The translations under genes were made by a program, and so were the position numbers. Of a stretch of 32,000 bases of DNA, positions 24,778 to 32,000 are shown in pieces. Origin of the DNA: Pyrobaculum aerophilum str. IM2 (GTDB lineage: Archaea; Thermoproteota; Thermoprotei; Thermoproteales; Thermoproteaceae); NCBI RefSeq assembly GCF_000007225.1, contig NC_003364.1, positions 600,001 through 632,000 on the forward strand, in the 5' to 3' direction. The notes beneath the pieces were generated by a model. It had not been told where the DNA came from and made no database searches. It was given only the letters and a program-made list of their open reading frames with translations. Position 1 is the stretch's first letter. Each line of letters opens with the position of its first letter.

Positions 24778-26889
24778 TTGTTGACCAAAGAAGTGTCAGT
24801 ATTATTATTGCTAGCGGCCTTAGTAGTGGCTACTCCAGTGGTAGAGGTGTGTCTGCCCGCGGCGGCTCTGGGCTTATCAGGACACGCATCGCATAGACTA
24901 GGCGCCTTTTGGTGGAACGGCACTGAGTGGCTCCCCGCCCCCCTCTACGTGGAGGGGAAAAGCATAGCTATTATTTACGTCACTGAGCTAAATAAGACAA
25001 ACCCCACGACTGGCCGCGCCATGGTGTTGCCGCCAGCACTTGAGTCCAATACCAAGCTTTGTATGTACCTACCGGCTAGAAACGCCACGAAGCCCCCTGC
25101 AAAGCCTCCCAATCTTGAAGGCGTATACGCGGAGGTTCAAGACAAGAATGGAGCGAAACGCCACATATTCCTAGCCACTGCAATACCTGCGGCATCTCCC
25201 GCCAATTTGACAAAGGCGGAGGTAAACGCCAAGGTAATCCGCTACCAGAGACACGTCCCAGCTAATAACAGCCGAGGTCCTGGCCAACAGCCGGCGGCGG
25301 GAGAAGTGGAGCCGTTTTATAACAATTACTACGCCACAACGGCTACGCTGGACTATATAGGTGCTTTTAAATTAAAACAGACGGATAAATACACCGTGTT
25401 GTGCGCCTCAGGCAACGCGGCGAGAGGCACCATAGAACTCCCCCCTAATACGTACGCTTTGGAGATAGTTATTACAGTCGCCTCGACGCCCACAGATAAA
25501 TTCGGCCCATATGCTTCATATACAATAGCCATAGCTGAAAGGTACAGTGACGGAACTATACGAAGTAAGCTCTTCGCCGCGGTCTTGCCATCAAAGGCGC
25601 CATACGCCACAGTTTACTATGTTTTTACTAGAGGAGATGCAAAGACTGTGGACATAACCATTTGGCTTCCACCTAATGCATTAGTAGATCAGTGCACATT
25701 TGATGCCTTTGTGGTAGTGTACGGGAGCGCCGCGGGGTACTGGCAGAGATTCCACGTTGTCTCCCACGAGCTAAGCGGGACTCTGAGCTTAAATCAGCCC
25801 GTCACTAAAAGTGACGGCTACTACTTGGTCTTCCCGGGATACACAGTGCCGCCGGGGGTTGCCTACTCAACGACGTACTTAACTGGATCTTTAACAATAT
25901 GTGGCACGAGCAAAAACTATATAGACATATACTGGGGCACTACGTACGTCACGAGGGTATATGGGCAGTCCCTCAACGGTTGCTGGACGTATTCTATAAA
26001 TACATGGATACCGCCCTATGAAAACGCAAAGACAGGAGGGTCAACTCACCCAATTCTCATAGGCCCTATTGACAGCTACACAGCCACTATATCTAACGCC
26101 AAGCTCTCCATTTACGGCATCTACAGACCGGAGATGAATAGACAGACATCATTTATATGGAAAGAAGGGGTCGTGAACTGGCTTTATATGGTATATACGT
26201 CGCCTTTCTACAAATACAGAGTGGAGGCCAAGATATATGATCGAGGGGGCGATTCTAACACTGGTAGTATGAGACTCGCGGCTTATTTATCGCCTTATCA
26301 AGACGGCGCGCTGTGCCCCGGGAATGCTATTAGGATAAAGCTGGCCTTAAACGGCGGCGCAAATCGGTTAACACCATCTGTAATAGCATTGTATGTTCAG
26401 GGTGATAGCATTTATGATGTTGTGTCACTGCTCTTGAACTGGGTGTCGCAGTTATTCGGCACTATGGGGAAGATTTTGGAAAAGATCGGCACTTTAATAG
26501 GATGGCTTCTGCTCTCGGCAGATACTGTGAAGACTCTTTCAGGTCCCTCAAGCGCCAGCGCCTACAACGACGGGAATTATCTAGTGGTATCAGTTGACAT
26601 AGGCGCGTTTGAAGTCAATAGGCCGGTAATTTTGTTGTTGGCCTTTGGCGTCTCGTTGCCGCAAGGTGGCGACTACTTCATAAACGTTAAGGAGGTATAT
26701 ATGTGCGACAGGCTGATTTACAGCGACACAATGCCTATACCACCAGCGCAGTACTACAAGCCAGTGAATTATATAAACACATATGCCACACAGAGCGTGG
26801 ATATCTTTAGGACGTTCACATGCGGTAAACAAGAGGACTTAAGGGGAGTTTCAGCAGATTACCGGTGTAATGTTGACCGTTTTAGATAA
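24778..26889 (+). CDS. Large secreted/envelope protein, hypothetical
   Basis: 703 aa. Signal-like N-terminus MLTKEVSVLLLLAALVVATPVV, many sequons, and a hydrophobic/amphipathic stretch near residues 545-580 (..VVSLLLNWVSQLFGTMGKILEKIGTLIGWLLL..). Own TATA-like TTAAATTTTTAAAG about 25 nt upstream. The start could be TTG 24778/24781 or GTG 24793. Confidence 0.7.
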   Translation: MLTKEVSVLLLLAALVVATPVVEVCLPAAALGLSGHASHRLGAFWWNGTEWLPAPLYVEGKSIAIIYVTELNKTNPTTGRAMVLPPALESNTKLCMYLPARNATKPPAKPPNLEGVYAEVQDKNGAKRHIFLATAIPAASPANLTKAEVNAKVIRYQRHVPANNSRGPGQQPAAGEVEPFYNNYYATTATLDYIGAFKLKQTDKYTVLCASGNAARGTIELPPNTYALEIVITVASTPTDKFGPYASYTIAIAERYSDGTIRSKLFAAVLPSKAPYATVYYVFTRGDAKTVDITIWLPPNALVDQCTFDAFVVVYGSAAGYWQRFHVVSHELSGTLSLNQPVTKSDGYYLVFPGYTVPPGVAYSTTYLTGSLTICGTSKNYIDIYWGTTYVTRVYGQSLNGCWTYSINTWIPPYENAKTGGSTHPILIGPIDSYTATISNAKLSIYGIYRPEMNRQTSFIWKEGVVNWLYMVYTSPFYKYRVEAKIYDRGGDSNTGSMRLAAYLSPYQDGALCPGNAIRIKLALNGGANRLTPSVIALYVQGDSIYDVVSLLLNWVSQLFGTMGKILEKIGTLIGWLLLSADTVKTLSGPSSASAYNDGNYLVVSVDIGAFEVNRPVILLLAFGVSLPQGGDYFINVKEVYMCDRLIYSDTMPIPPAQYYKPVNYINTYATQSVDIFRTFTCGKQEDLRGVSADYRCNVDRFR

Positions 26890-27409
26890 GGCGAGGAATT
26901 TTCTTCTTTTTTCTCTTCTCTTCTCCCTCTTCACTTATATTGTATATTATTGGGGCGGTGGCGTCTGGCGCACAGCACTCTACGCAGTGGGGTTTTTCTC
27001 ATTCTATGCGGCCTATTTTGATGGACTACGCGGGAGACCGCGCTGGACTCTGCTCTACTTCGCGGCGTATTTAGTCGCATATATGGGAGTCCACTTCGGC
27101 TTTGCCAGGGCGGTAGTGCACGTTTTAATGGCTACGATGCTGTTTGGCCCACTTCTATACGGCAACGGGGTTGGGAGGCTGGCGTCGCTGGCGTTTTTCT
27201 GGCTCGGCGCTGTGACCAGCGCGGTAGTGGTTAACGGGCTGGGGCGGCTTTATAGAATGGCGGTGCCGCCTGCGTATGACGTGTTGCCAACCGCGTTGCC
27301 GTCGCCGTATGACGCACCGCTTTATTTACTTGGCTACATCGTCTTGTGGCAGATACACTGTATTTCCCACCGCTGGGGCGGGGAGATTAGGTGCCCTAAG
27401 TGGCGTTAG
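26870..27409 (+). CDS. Polytopic membrane protein, hypothetical
   Basis: 179 aa with about 5 hydrophobic segments. The ATG overlaps the preceding gene by 20 nt, suggesting co-translation with it. Confidence 0.6.
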   Translation: MLTVLDKARNFLLFSLLFSLFTYIVYYWGGGVWRTALYAVGFFSFYAAYFDGLRGRPRWTLLYFAAYLVAYMGVHFGFARAVVHVLMATMLFGPLLYGNGVGRLASLAFFWLGAVTSAVVVNGLGRLYRMAVPPAYDVLPTALPSPYDAPLYLLGYIVLWQIHCISHRWGGEIRCPKWR

Positions 27410-27474
27410 GCGGGCTCGTATCACCGCGCGCCTGGCTGGGCCGGCGCTCGGGCGCCAGGGAAGGAAAGGGGACA

Positions 27475-27921
27475 CTAGGCGGGGACGACCCAATCCCCGT
27501 CGTCGATCTCCACCAGCTGGGCAAAGACAGCCCAGTCAATTATCTTTTTGGCACTGTCTGCGTCATAGCCCAGGCTTTGGATGAATTTCAATGCCTCTTC
27601 GAACTCCACTCTACCAGCCTCGGTTATGAACTTCAAGAGGCTGGCAAAGGGCTCAAGGGACCCCAGCTTATCTCTTAAACGCTTTTGGAACTCTCTTACT
27701 GGCCTCTCAACTGCGAGTCGGCCCTCGGCGGTGAGCTCTAAGTCCCCTCCTTGGGCCTTAACTAGGCCCAGGGCCTCCGCTGCGTCTACCACGTGGGACA
27801 AATCGCCCATGTCGGCATCTACGGCGTCGTTGACATACATAGCATCGGCCCTGCCGCCGAGGTTGTGTATAATTTTCAAGAGGCCGAGGACTTGGTCAAC
27901 CCCCACTGGGGGAAATCTCAC
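27475..27921 (-). CDS. Stand-alone protein resembling the C-terminal AAA-associated domain found fused to NitT/TauT-type ABC ATPases
   Basis: 148 aa. ..PPVGVDQVLGLLKIIHNLGGRADAMYVNDAVDADMGDLSHVVDAAEALGLVKAQGGDLELTAEG.. fits my recollection of that domain's consensus. GTG start with AATTTATAAGG box about 25 nt upstream on the minus strand. Confidence 0.55.
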   Translation of the reverse strand: MRFPPVGVDQVLGLLKIIHNLGGRADAMYVNDAVDADMGDLSHVVDAAEALGLVKAQGGDLELTAEGRLAVERPVREFQKRLRDKLGSLEPFASLLKFITEAGRVEFEEALKFIQSLGYDADSAKKIIDWAVFAQLVEIDDGDWVVPA

Positions 27922-27996
27922 AGATTACACAACGATACAGCCTTATAAATTTTCAGCTCGCCGCTATTCGTCACGGCTCAGCACTCCGACTTTTCC

Positions 27997-28290
27997 TCAC
28001 GCGTAGCTGTCAAGAGCCTCAATAGCCTCCGCAAATCCCCTCCTCTTGAGCTCCTCAACGTCTCTTTTCTCATACTTGTGCACAATATCGCCCTTTTCCC
28101 TGTCGAAATCCCATAGCGCAACAATTACGTAGTCGCCGGCCTTGAGCCACAGCCTCCTCCTAAGACGGCCCGGCAATCTGGCCACCCTGATCTGCCCATC
28201 TGCGCATATTACTTTAAACCTCCCATCTCCCAACATTTCAATAACCTTACCGAGGATCTCCCCCTCGCCAGGCAACCGGAACTCAGACAT
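27997..28290 (-). CDS. eif1a: Translation initiation factor aIF1A
   Basis: 97 aa from MSEFRLPGEGEILGKVIEMLGDGRFKVICADGQIRVARLPGRLRRRLWLKAGDYVIVALWDF.., an S1-like OB fold typical of a/eIF1A. The internal ATG at 28290 has a CTTTTATAGA box about 25 nt upstream. The longer track ORF starts inside that promoter. Confidence 0.92.
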   Translation of the reverse strand: MSEFRLPGEGEILGKVIEMLGDGRFKVICADGQIRVARLPGRLRRRLWLKAGDYVIVALWDFDREKGDIVHKYEKRDVEELKRRGFAEAIEALDSYA

Positions 28291-28340
28291 GGCACTACAG
28301 TAAGCAGATCTATAAAAGTTTATTATCCGGAGACGCGCCA

Positions 28341-28934
28341 CTAGGGATTACGGCCGACGACCGCCTGCAATAGCCGATCTAACTCGCCGTAGAGCTCGTC
28401 TAGCTTTCTGCCAGGGGATAGGCTCAACTCCACGGCCCACGGCGGCAACTTTATTGCTGGCGTCCTACCCCCCATCCAAAAATGAATAACGGCCAGGTAT
28501 ATACCCCACTTTTTCAGCTGCCTCCCATATTTTAGAATGAAGTCGTCCAGCTGACTAGTAAGCGCAATTGGCTCTTTGCGGTGAACCTTCACCTCTATTA
28601 TTAAAAGCCCCTCGCTCTGTACAATCGCTATGTCCGGATTAATTACTGACAGATCTAAAGGGATGTCTTTTCGCCTAATCTTAGGCTCTATCACTACGTC
28701 GTGGCATCGTGACATGGCATAACAAGCCACTAACGCAGTACCGAGAAGGCCCATATGTCCTTTGTAATTATCTCCGAATTTGTCTCTAAGCCACTCCACG
28801 CCGCGATTCCAAGAACGACACGTGTTCTCTATTAGCTCTTTGTAGTCATCATATCTGAGCCCAGAGTGTTTTCTGCCGCCCCGCTCAATACTGACCGCTG
28901 GGTGGCCGTCGTGGCTTTGTCTCAACTCTCCCAT
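28341..28934 (-). CDS. PD-(D/E)xK nuclease-fold protein, hypothetical (candidate toxin/effector)
   Basis: 197 aa. The core ..SVINPDIAIVQSEGLLIIEVKVHRK.. is a literal P-D-x12-E-V-K restriction-endonuclease-fold motif. The start overlaps the upstream Panacea-like gene by 50 nt. Confidence 0.62.
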   Translation of the reverse strand: MGELRQSHDGHPAVSIERGGRKHSGLRYDDYKELIENTCRSWNRGVEWLRDKFGDNYKGHMGLLGTALVACYAMSRCHDVVIEPKIRRKDIPLDLSVINPDIAIVQSEGLLIIEVKVHRKEPIALTSQLDDFILKYGRQLKKWGIYLAVIHFWMGGRTPAIKLPPWAVELSLSPGRKLDELYGELDRLLQAVVGRNP

Positions 28935-29439
28935 GAGCTAGCTCGCGCATTTCAAGCTTGAGGCCCTCGAGCTCTAAGTACTTATCCACGGGAAAACCCA
29001 TGTACTCATTCTTTTTCTCCACATCAAGTTTCAGCATTTTATTGACTACCTTTTCAAGCTCCCAGCCCCTGCACCGCCCGTATCTCTCCGCCACTTCATC
29101 AACTCGCCTCGCCACTGGGGGCGGCAGTTCAAAGGCCTTCTCCCCCTTAGTAATAATTTTAATGTAATCGCCTAAGGAGGTCTCCAACAGCCCCTCGTTT
29201 TCAAGGGCCTCGACAGCGTCATACACTTCGTTGCTCATAGGGCCGAAAGACCATATGTAGAACTCAGACCTGGCGACTGGCTGGCCTTCGTATAAGTACT
29301 TGACGACAATCCGCCGCCCGAGGCGCGGCCTGGCCTCATACTGCAATAAAAAGACCAGTTTCATCAACTTCTTTATGCCGTTCACTTCGCCCAGCCTCTT
29401 GACGACATAATATACCACGTCCTCAACTCGGTAGCTCAT
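28885..29439 (-). CDS. Panacea / DUF4065 (SocA-like antitoxin domain) protein
   Basis: 184 aa. ..GIKKLMKLVFLLQYE.. followed by ..FYIWSFGPMSNEVYDAVEALENEG.. reproduces the two conserved blocks of DUF4065. TATAAAAG box about 25 nt upstream on the minus strand. Confidence 0.68.
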   Translation of the reverse strand: MSYRVEDVVYYVVKRLGEVNGIKKLMKLVFLLQYEARPRLGRRIVVKYLYEGQPVARSEFYIWSFGPMSNEVYDAVEALENEGLLETSLGDYIKIITKGEKAFELPPPVARRVDEVAERYGRCRGWELEKVVNKMLKLDVEKKNEYMGFPVDKYLELEGLKLEMRELAHGRVETKPRRPPSGQY

Positions 29440-29614
29440 AATATCTTTTTAATACGCCACTTTTATACATAACTGACATCTGGCGCCTCTCTCCAGACAG
29501 CAAGTTAAGGCTCCGGAGGCATTTTTCCGTTCGCCGCGCCTTACTCCCACAACCCTCCTGGGCCTACTACGTAAGGGGAGAAAATTTTTCAAAAAGTTAT
29601 AATGGAATACTGCA

Positions 29615-30046
29615 ATGGCGAAAAACTTTGTTCACAGACACGCCGCCGTGGAGAGGAGGCCGCTGGGCTTAAACGGCAGAATGCCAAAGGCTGTCATCTG
29701 CTTTAAGCTGGGCGGGGAGGAGGTGGCGCACATAAGCACGAATTGGATTGGCAGGGCGTTACAAGCTCAATTCGTTAGCTCCCGTGAAGACGTCAAGCGC
29801 CTGGCCGCTGTAATCAAGGCGTTTGGAGACTTGGCGGGGGATAAACCGATAGGCGCTGGATGGGCAGTTAAGCTCTACGCTGACGGCAAGAAGCCTATCA
29901 GCGAAGACAGATCTAAACAGGGGAACATAGAGACAAGTCCCAACGCCGCCGAATTCGCCAGCGCGGAGTATTCAGTTAATTGTAGAGGCGGCTATATAGA
30001 CCAATGGAGAAGGGGAAAGCCTAAAGCTCAGTATAGCTCTACGTAA
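29615..30046 (+). CDS. Hypothetical protein, upstream ORF of the TnpB-like element
   Basis: 143 aa. ATG with AAGTTATAATGG box about 20 nt upstream. Ends in TAA TAA, and 9 nt later the next ORF starts in the same frame. No motif recognised on its own. Confidence 0.5.
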   Translation: MAKNFVHRHAAVERRPLGLNGRMPKAVICFKLGGEEVAHISTNWIGRALQAQFVSSREDVKRLAAVIKAFGDLAGDKPIGAGWAVKLYADGKKPISEDRSKQGNIETSPNAAEFASAEYSVNCRGGYIDQWRRGKPKAQYSST

Positions 30047-30055
30047 TAAATCCGT

Positions 30056-30787
30056 ATGTTCTTATATAGTCTGAAGTGCGATGTTGAAAAGGCCAGGGAG
30101 GTCCTTGATGGGGTCTATAAGGTGGTGGAGCTTGGCGGCGCCGTGAGGCTGGTGGAGAGCTTCATCGCCTTCTACGCGGGGGATATGCCGCTGTGTATGT
30201 ACAAGAGCTGGAGAATGACTTATGCCGACGTCTCACAACTGGGCTTGGCCAAGGCGGAGGTCCTCGTGAGGAAGGAGGGGCTGTTAATTAGGCTCGTAAG
30301 GCCGGACGAGAAGCTGGGGCTTCCGGAGCTGGTAGAGGGCAGTCCCTTCGTAATACACGCAATGGATGTTAATGAAAGCGGCGTGATATACCGCGTGTTT
30401 AGAATTGGGGGATACGTGGAGCTGGTGGCCAAGGGAGTCGCTGGTAGCATAAAGGAGGCCTTCCACCCCAAAAGGGGAGTTAACATCTTAATCGTCGATT
30501 TACCCCTCATGCCTAAATTCCAGCCCCTCTTTAACGAGGTGATAGAGCTGTCCAGAGAACACTACGTAGAGCTACACACGACAATGATTTCAGACGTGTG
30601 CCCTTTGTGCGGCGGCAGGATGGAGAAGAGGGGGAGGCTGGTGAGGTGTCCCACTTGCAAAATCCAGCTTAATAGAGATGTCAACGCCGTATGGGCCCTG
30701 GCGAGAAATATCGTCAGGAGGCTGGGCAGAGAGCAACAACTGGCCGAGCTCAGGGAGATATTTCGCCTATACTACCCAAACGTATAG
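30056..30787 (+). CDS. Compact TnpB/IS605-OrfB-like protein (RuvC-like motifs + zinc ribbon)
   Basis: 243 aa. ..FVIHAMDVNESG.. (RuvC-I-like Asp), ..VNILIVDLPLM.. (RuvC-II position, Asp instead of Glu), and CPLCGGRMEKRGRLVRCPTCKIQLNRDVNAVWALARNI (CxxC..CxxC zinc ribbon followed by the characteristic N-R-D-x-N-A motif of RuvC-III). No adjacent Y1 transposase (TnpA) gene. Confidence 0.68.
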   Translation: MFLYSLKCDVEKAREVLDGVYKVVELGGAVRLVESFIAFYAGDMPLCMYKSWRMTYADVSQLGLAKAEVLVRKEGLLIRLVRPDEKLGLPELVEGSPFVIHAMDVNESGVIYRVFRIGGYVELVAKGVAGSIKEAFHPKRGVNILIVDLPLMPKFQPLFNEVIELSREHYVELHTTMISDVCPLCGGRMEKRGRLVRCPTCKIQLNRDVNAVWALARNIVRRLGREQQLAELREIFRLYYPNV

Positions 30788-30954
30788 ACGGCGTTTCCAG
30801 CCTCTTAGGCCAAGCCCCTTAGCCTCCAGACCCGTTGCAGGGATAAACGCAGGGCAGGCTACCACGGTCATTAAAGCTACATACAACTACAGCCCGCATA
30901 AACGCGAAGGGAATCCTCAAGGTGGCAATGCTTTTAAGCCTGTTTTTTTGAGTC

Positions 30955-32000
30955 ATGGTGTCCAGCAAGGCTATAATGTTGGCGTTAATAGGGTTAGTGA
31001 TCCTCGTATTTGCAAGGGCTGGGGGAATAGCGGTGTATATTAATAGCAGCGTGGAGATCCCGCCCCTGGCGTATTACGACGGAAAGGCGCTGAGGCCAGT
31101 CCATGTGACATACGTGGGGGAGTGGGACAGGGCGTTTTGGTATGAGGCCAACGCCACTGTTAATATACCCACGTGGAGTTTTAAAAAAGCCGTAATTTAC
31201 CTACCGCGCGAAGCCCTCGGGGCTAGAGCCCCGCCTAACTTCAAGAGGGGAGTCCTCCGCGTATATATAAATAATACTGTAGTAGAGCTCGTTGAGGCAC
31301 CGCCGGAGGTAATAGCCACTTACAGCTATTTAAAGCCAGGCGAGGAGATAAAGGCTAGTAAGGCCAAAGCCACGTGGGTCAAGTCGCCAGTTGGAAGAGG
31401 GCCAGCGGAGAGGGATAAGGAGCAGAACGGGAGAGACGCTACTGACAAATTCAGCTCTGTCCTACAAGCGTTTCAAGCGTCTTCTGTTGTCTTTCCAGAC
31501 GGCGCCTTTATATACAAGCAGTTTAATGGGTTGGTTAACAGTAACAGTGAGCGGTGTTTGGAGGTTTTGAGGACTGACTCCTACAGCCCGCCAGATAATC
31601 CGACAGTGGCCTCTGTTGGTTACAACGCCACTTACGTGTGGAGGACTGCGTGGTATGTATTTACCAGTAGTCTCAGCAGCGGGGCAGTTGCGGGGAGGGG
31701 GGTAATTAAAGTGTGGGAGGTGGACCCGGCGACGCTAAATAAGAAGTATCTCTTGGGGGCGTGGTCTGTGGATTTGAGAAACGGCTACGTCACGTTCACC
31801 ACTTCAATCTCTCTGAACTGGCCCGATAAGTTCATAGGCTTAGAGCTGTGTTTCGCCCCCAGCGTCAGCGCCACGTATACAGTAGGCGCAAACGCCACTC
31901 TAGGCTTTAGGAAAAACGCCATATCAATTGCCATGGGGAGCTACTCGCTTGGGGTTGTCCCAGTAGACAGGACGCAATATGTGGGTGGCGTTGTGTATTA
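30955..32000 (+). CDS. Large secreted/anchored hypothetical protein, N-terminal part (3' end outside the window)
   Basis: ATG at 30955, and the frame stays open to the window end (checked codon by codon). N-terminus MVSSKAIMLALIGLVILVFARAGG is a signal or anchor. Several sequons (NSS, NAT, NNT, NAT, NAT). Absent from the ORF track only because it has no stop inside the window. Confidence 0.7.
   Translation, partial: MVSSKAIMLALIGLVILVFARAGGIAVYINSSVEIPPLAYYDGKALRPVHVTYVGEWDRAFWYEANATVNIPTWSFKKAVIYLPREALGARAPPNFKRGVLRVYINNTVVELVEAPPEVIATYSYLKPGEEIKASKAKATWVKSPVGRGPAERDKEQNGRDATDKFSSVLQAFQASSVVFPDGAFIYKQFNGLVNSNSERCLEVLRTDSYSPPDNPTVASVGYNATYVWRTAWYVFTSSLSSGAVAGRGVIKVWEVDPATLNKKYLLGAWSVDLRNGYVTFTTSISLNWPDKFIGLELCFAPSVSATYTVGANATLGFRKNAISIAMGSYSLGVVPVDRTQYVGGVVY

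Noticed and set aside
28291-28341. N-terminal extension of aIF1A (114-aa track ORF).
   Set aside because: The extension (MARLRIINFYRSAYCSA) covers the TATA-like box. aIF1A homologs begin near MSEF..GEGE.
28846-28852. C-box-like ATGATGA on the minus strand (possible C/D box sRNA).
   Set aside because: It lies inside a coding sequence (RYDDYK) and lacks a matching D/C'/D' box arrangement.
1-32000. Search for a CRISPR array, tRNA, rRNA or other canonical RNA genes.
   Set aside because: No regularly spaced short direct repeats, no tRNA-like acceptor/T-loop signatures (e.g. GGTTCRAATCC) and no rRNA-like segments were seen. Detection by eye is limited, so small RNAs cannot be excluded.

Overview
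The window looks like a crenarchaeal chromosome segment, probably Thermoproteales (Pyrobaculum/Thermoproteus-like). This is an inference from three things: A/T-rich TATA-like boxes about 20-30 nt upstream of most start codons (leaderless-type architecture), many ATGA/TTGA start-stop overlaps, and the gene content. Housekeeping genes: rpiA, a CBS-pair protein, a tungsten AOR-family oxidoreductase, a D-2-hydroxyacid dehydrogenase, a four-subunit 2-oxoacid:ferredoxin oxidoreductase operon (gamma-delta-alpha-beta), GH57 glycosidase plus MFS transporter, a cysteine-synthase-family PLP enzyme, a ThiF/MoeB E1-like enzyme, a glycerophosphodiesterase, a NitT/TauT-type ABC transporter with a duplicated permease, and aIF1A. 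No rRNA, tRNA or CRISPR array was recognised. Accessory or unusual content: (1) a tandemly duplicated two-gene cassette (secreted Cys-containing protein plus N-anchored glycoprotein, no recognisable family). One copy is decaying, with a TAC->TAA nonsense and a +1 shift in a C7 run, and the duplication has shattered a NifX-like gene. (2) An overlapping pair of a Panacea/DUF4065-like protein and a PD-x12-EVK nuclease-fold protein, a candidate toxin-antitoxin or defence module. (3) Next to that pair, a compact two-ORF TnpB-like element (143 aa + 243 aa, same frame, separated by TAATAA), followed by an untranslated tail. (4) A decayed Walker-A ATPase/TOPRIM-like gene inside about 1.5 kb of gene-poor DNA. 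(5) A ThiF-like enzyme translationally coupled to a wHTH protein. (6) An ABC-transporter accessory-domain gene separated from its ATPase by two genes for uncharacterised envelope proteins. All family calls are motif recognition by eye; no database search was possible.
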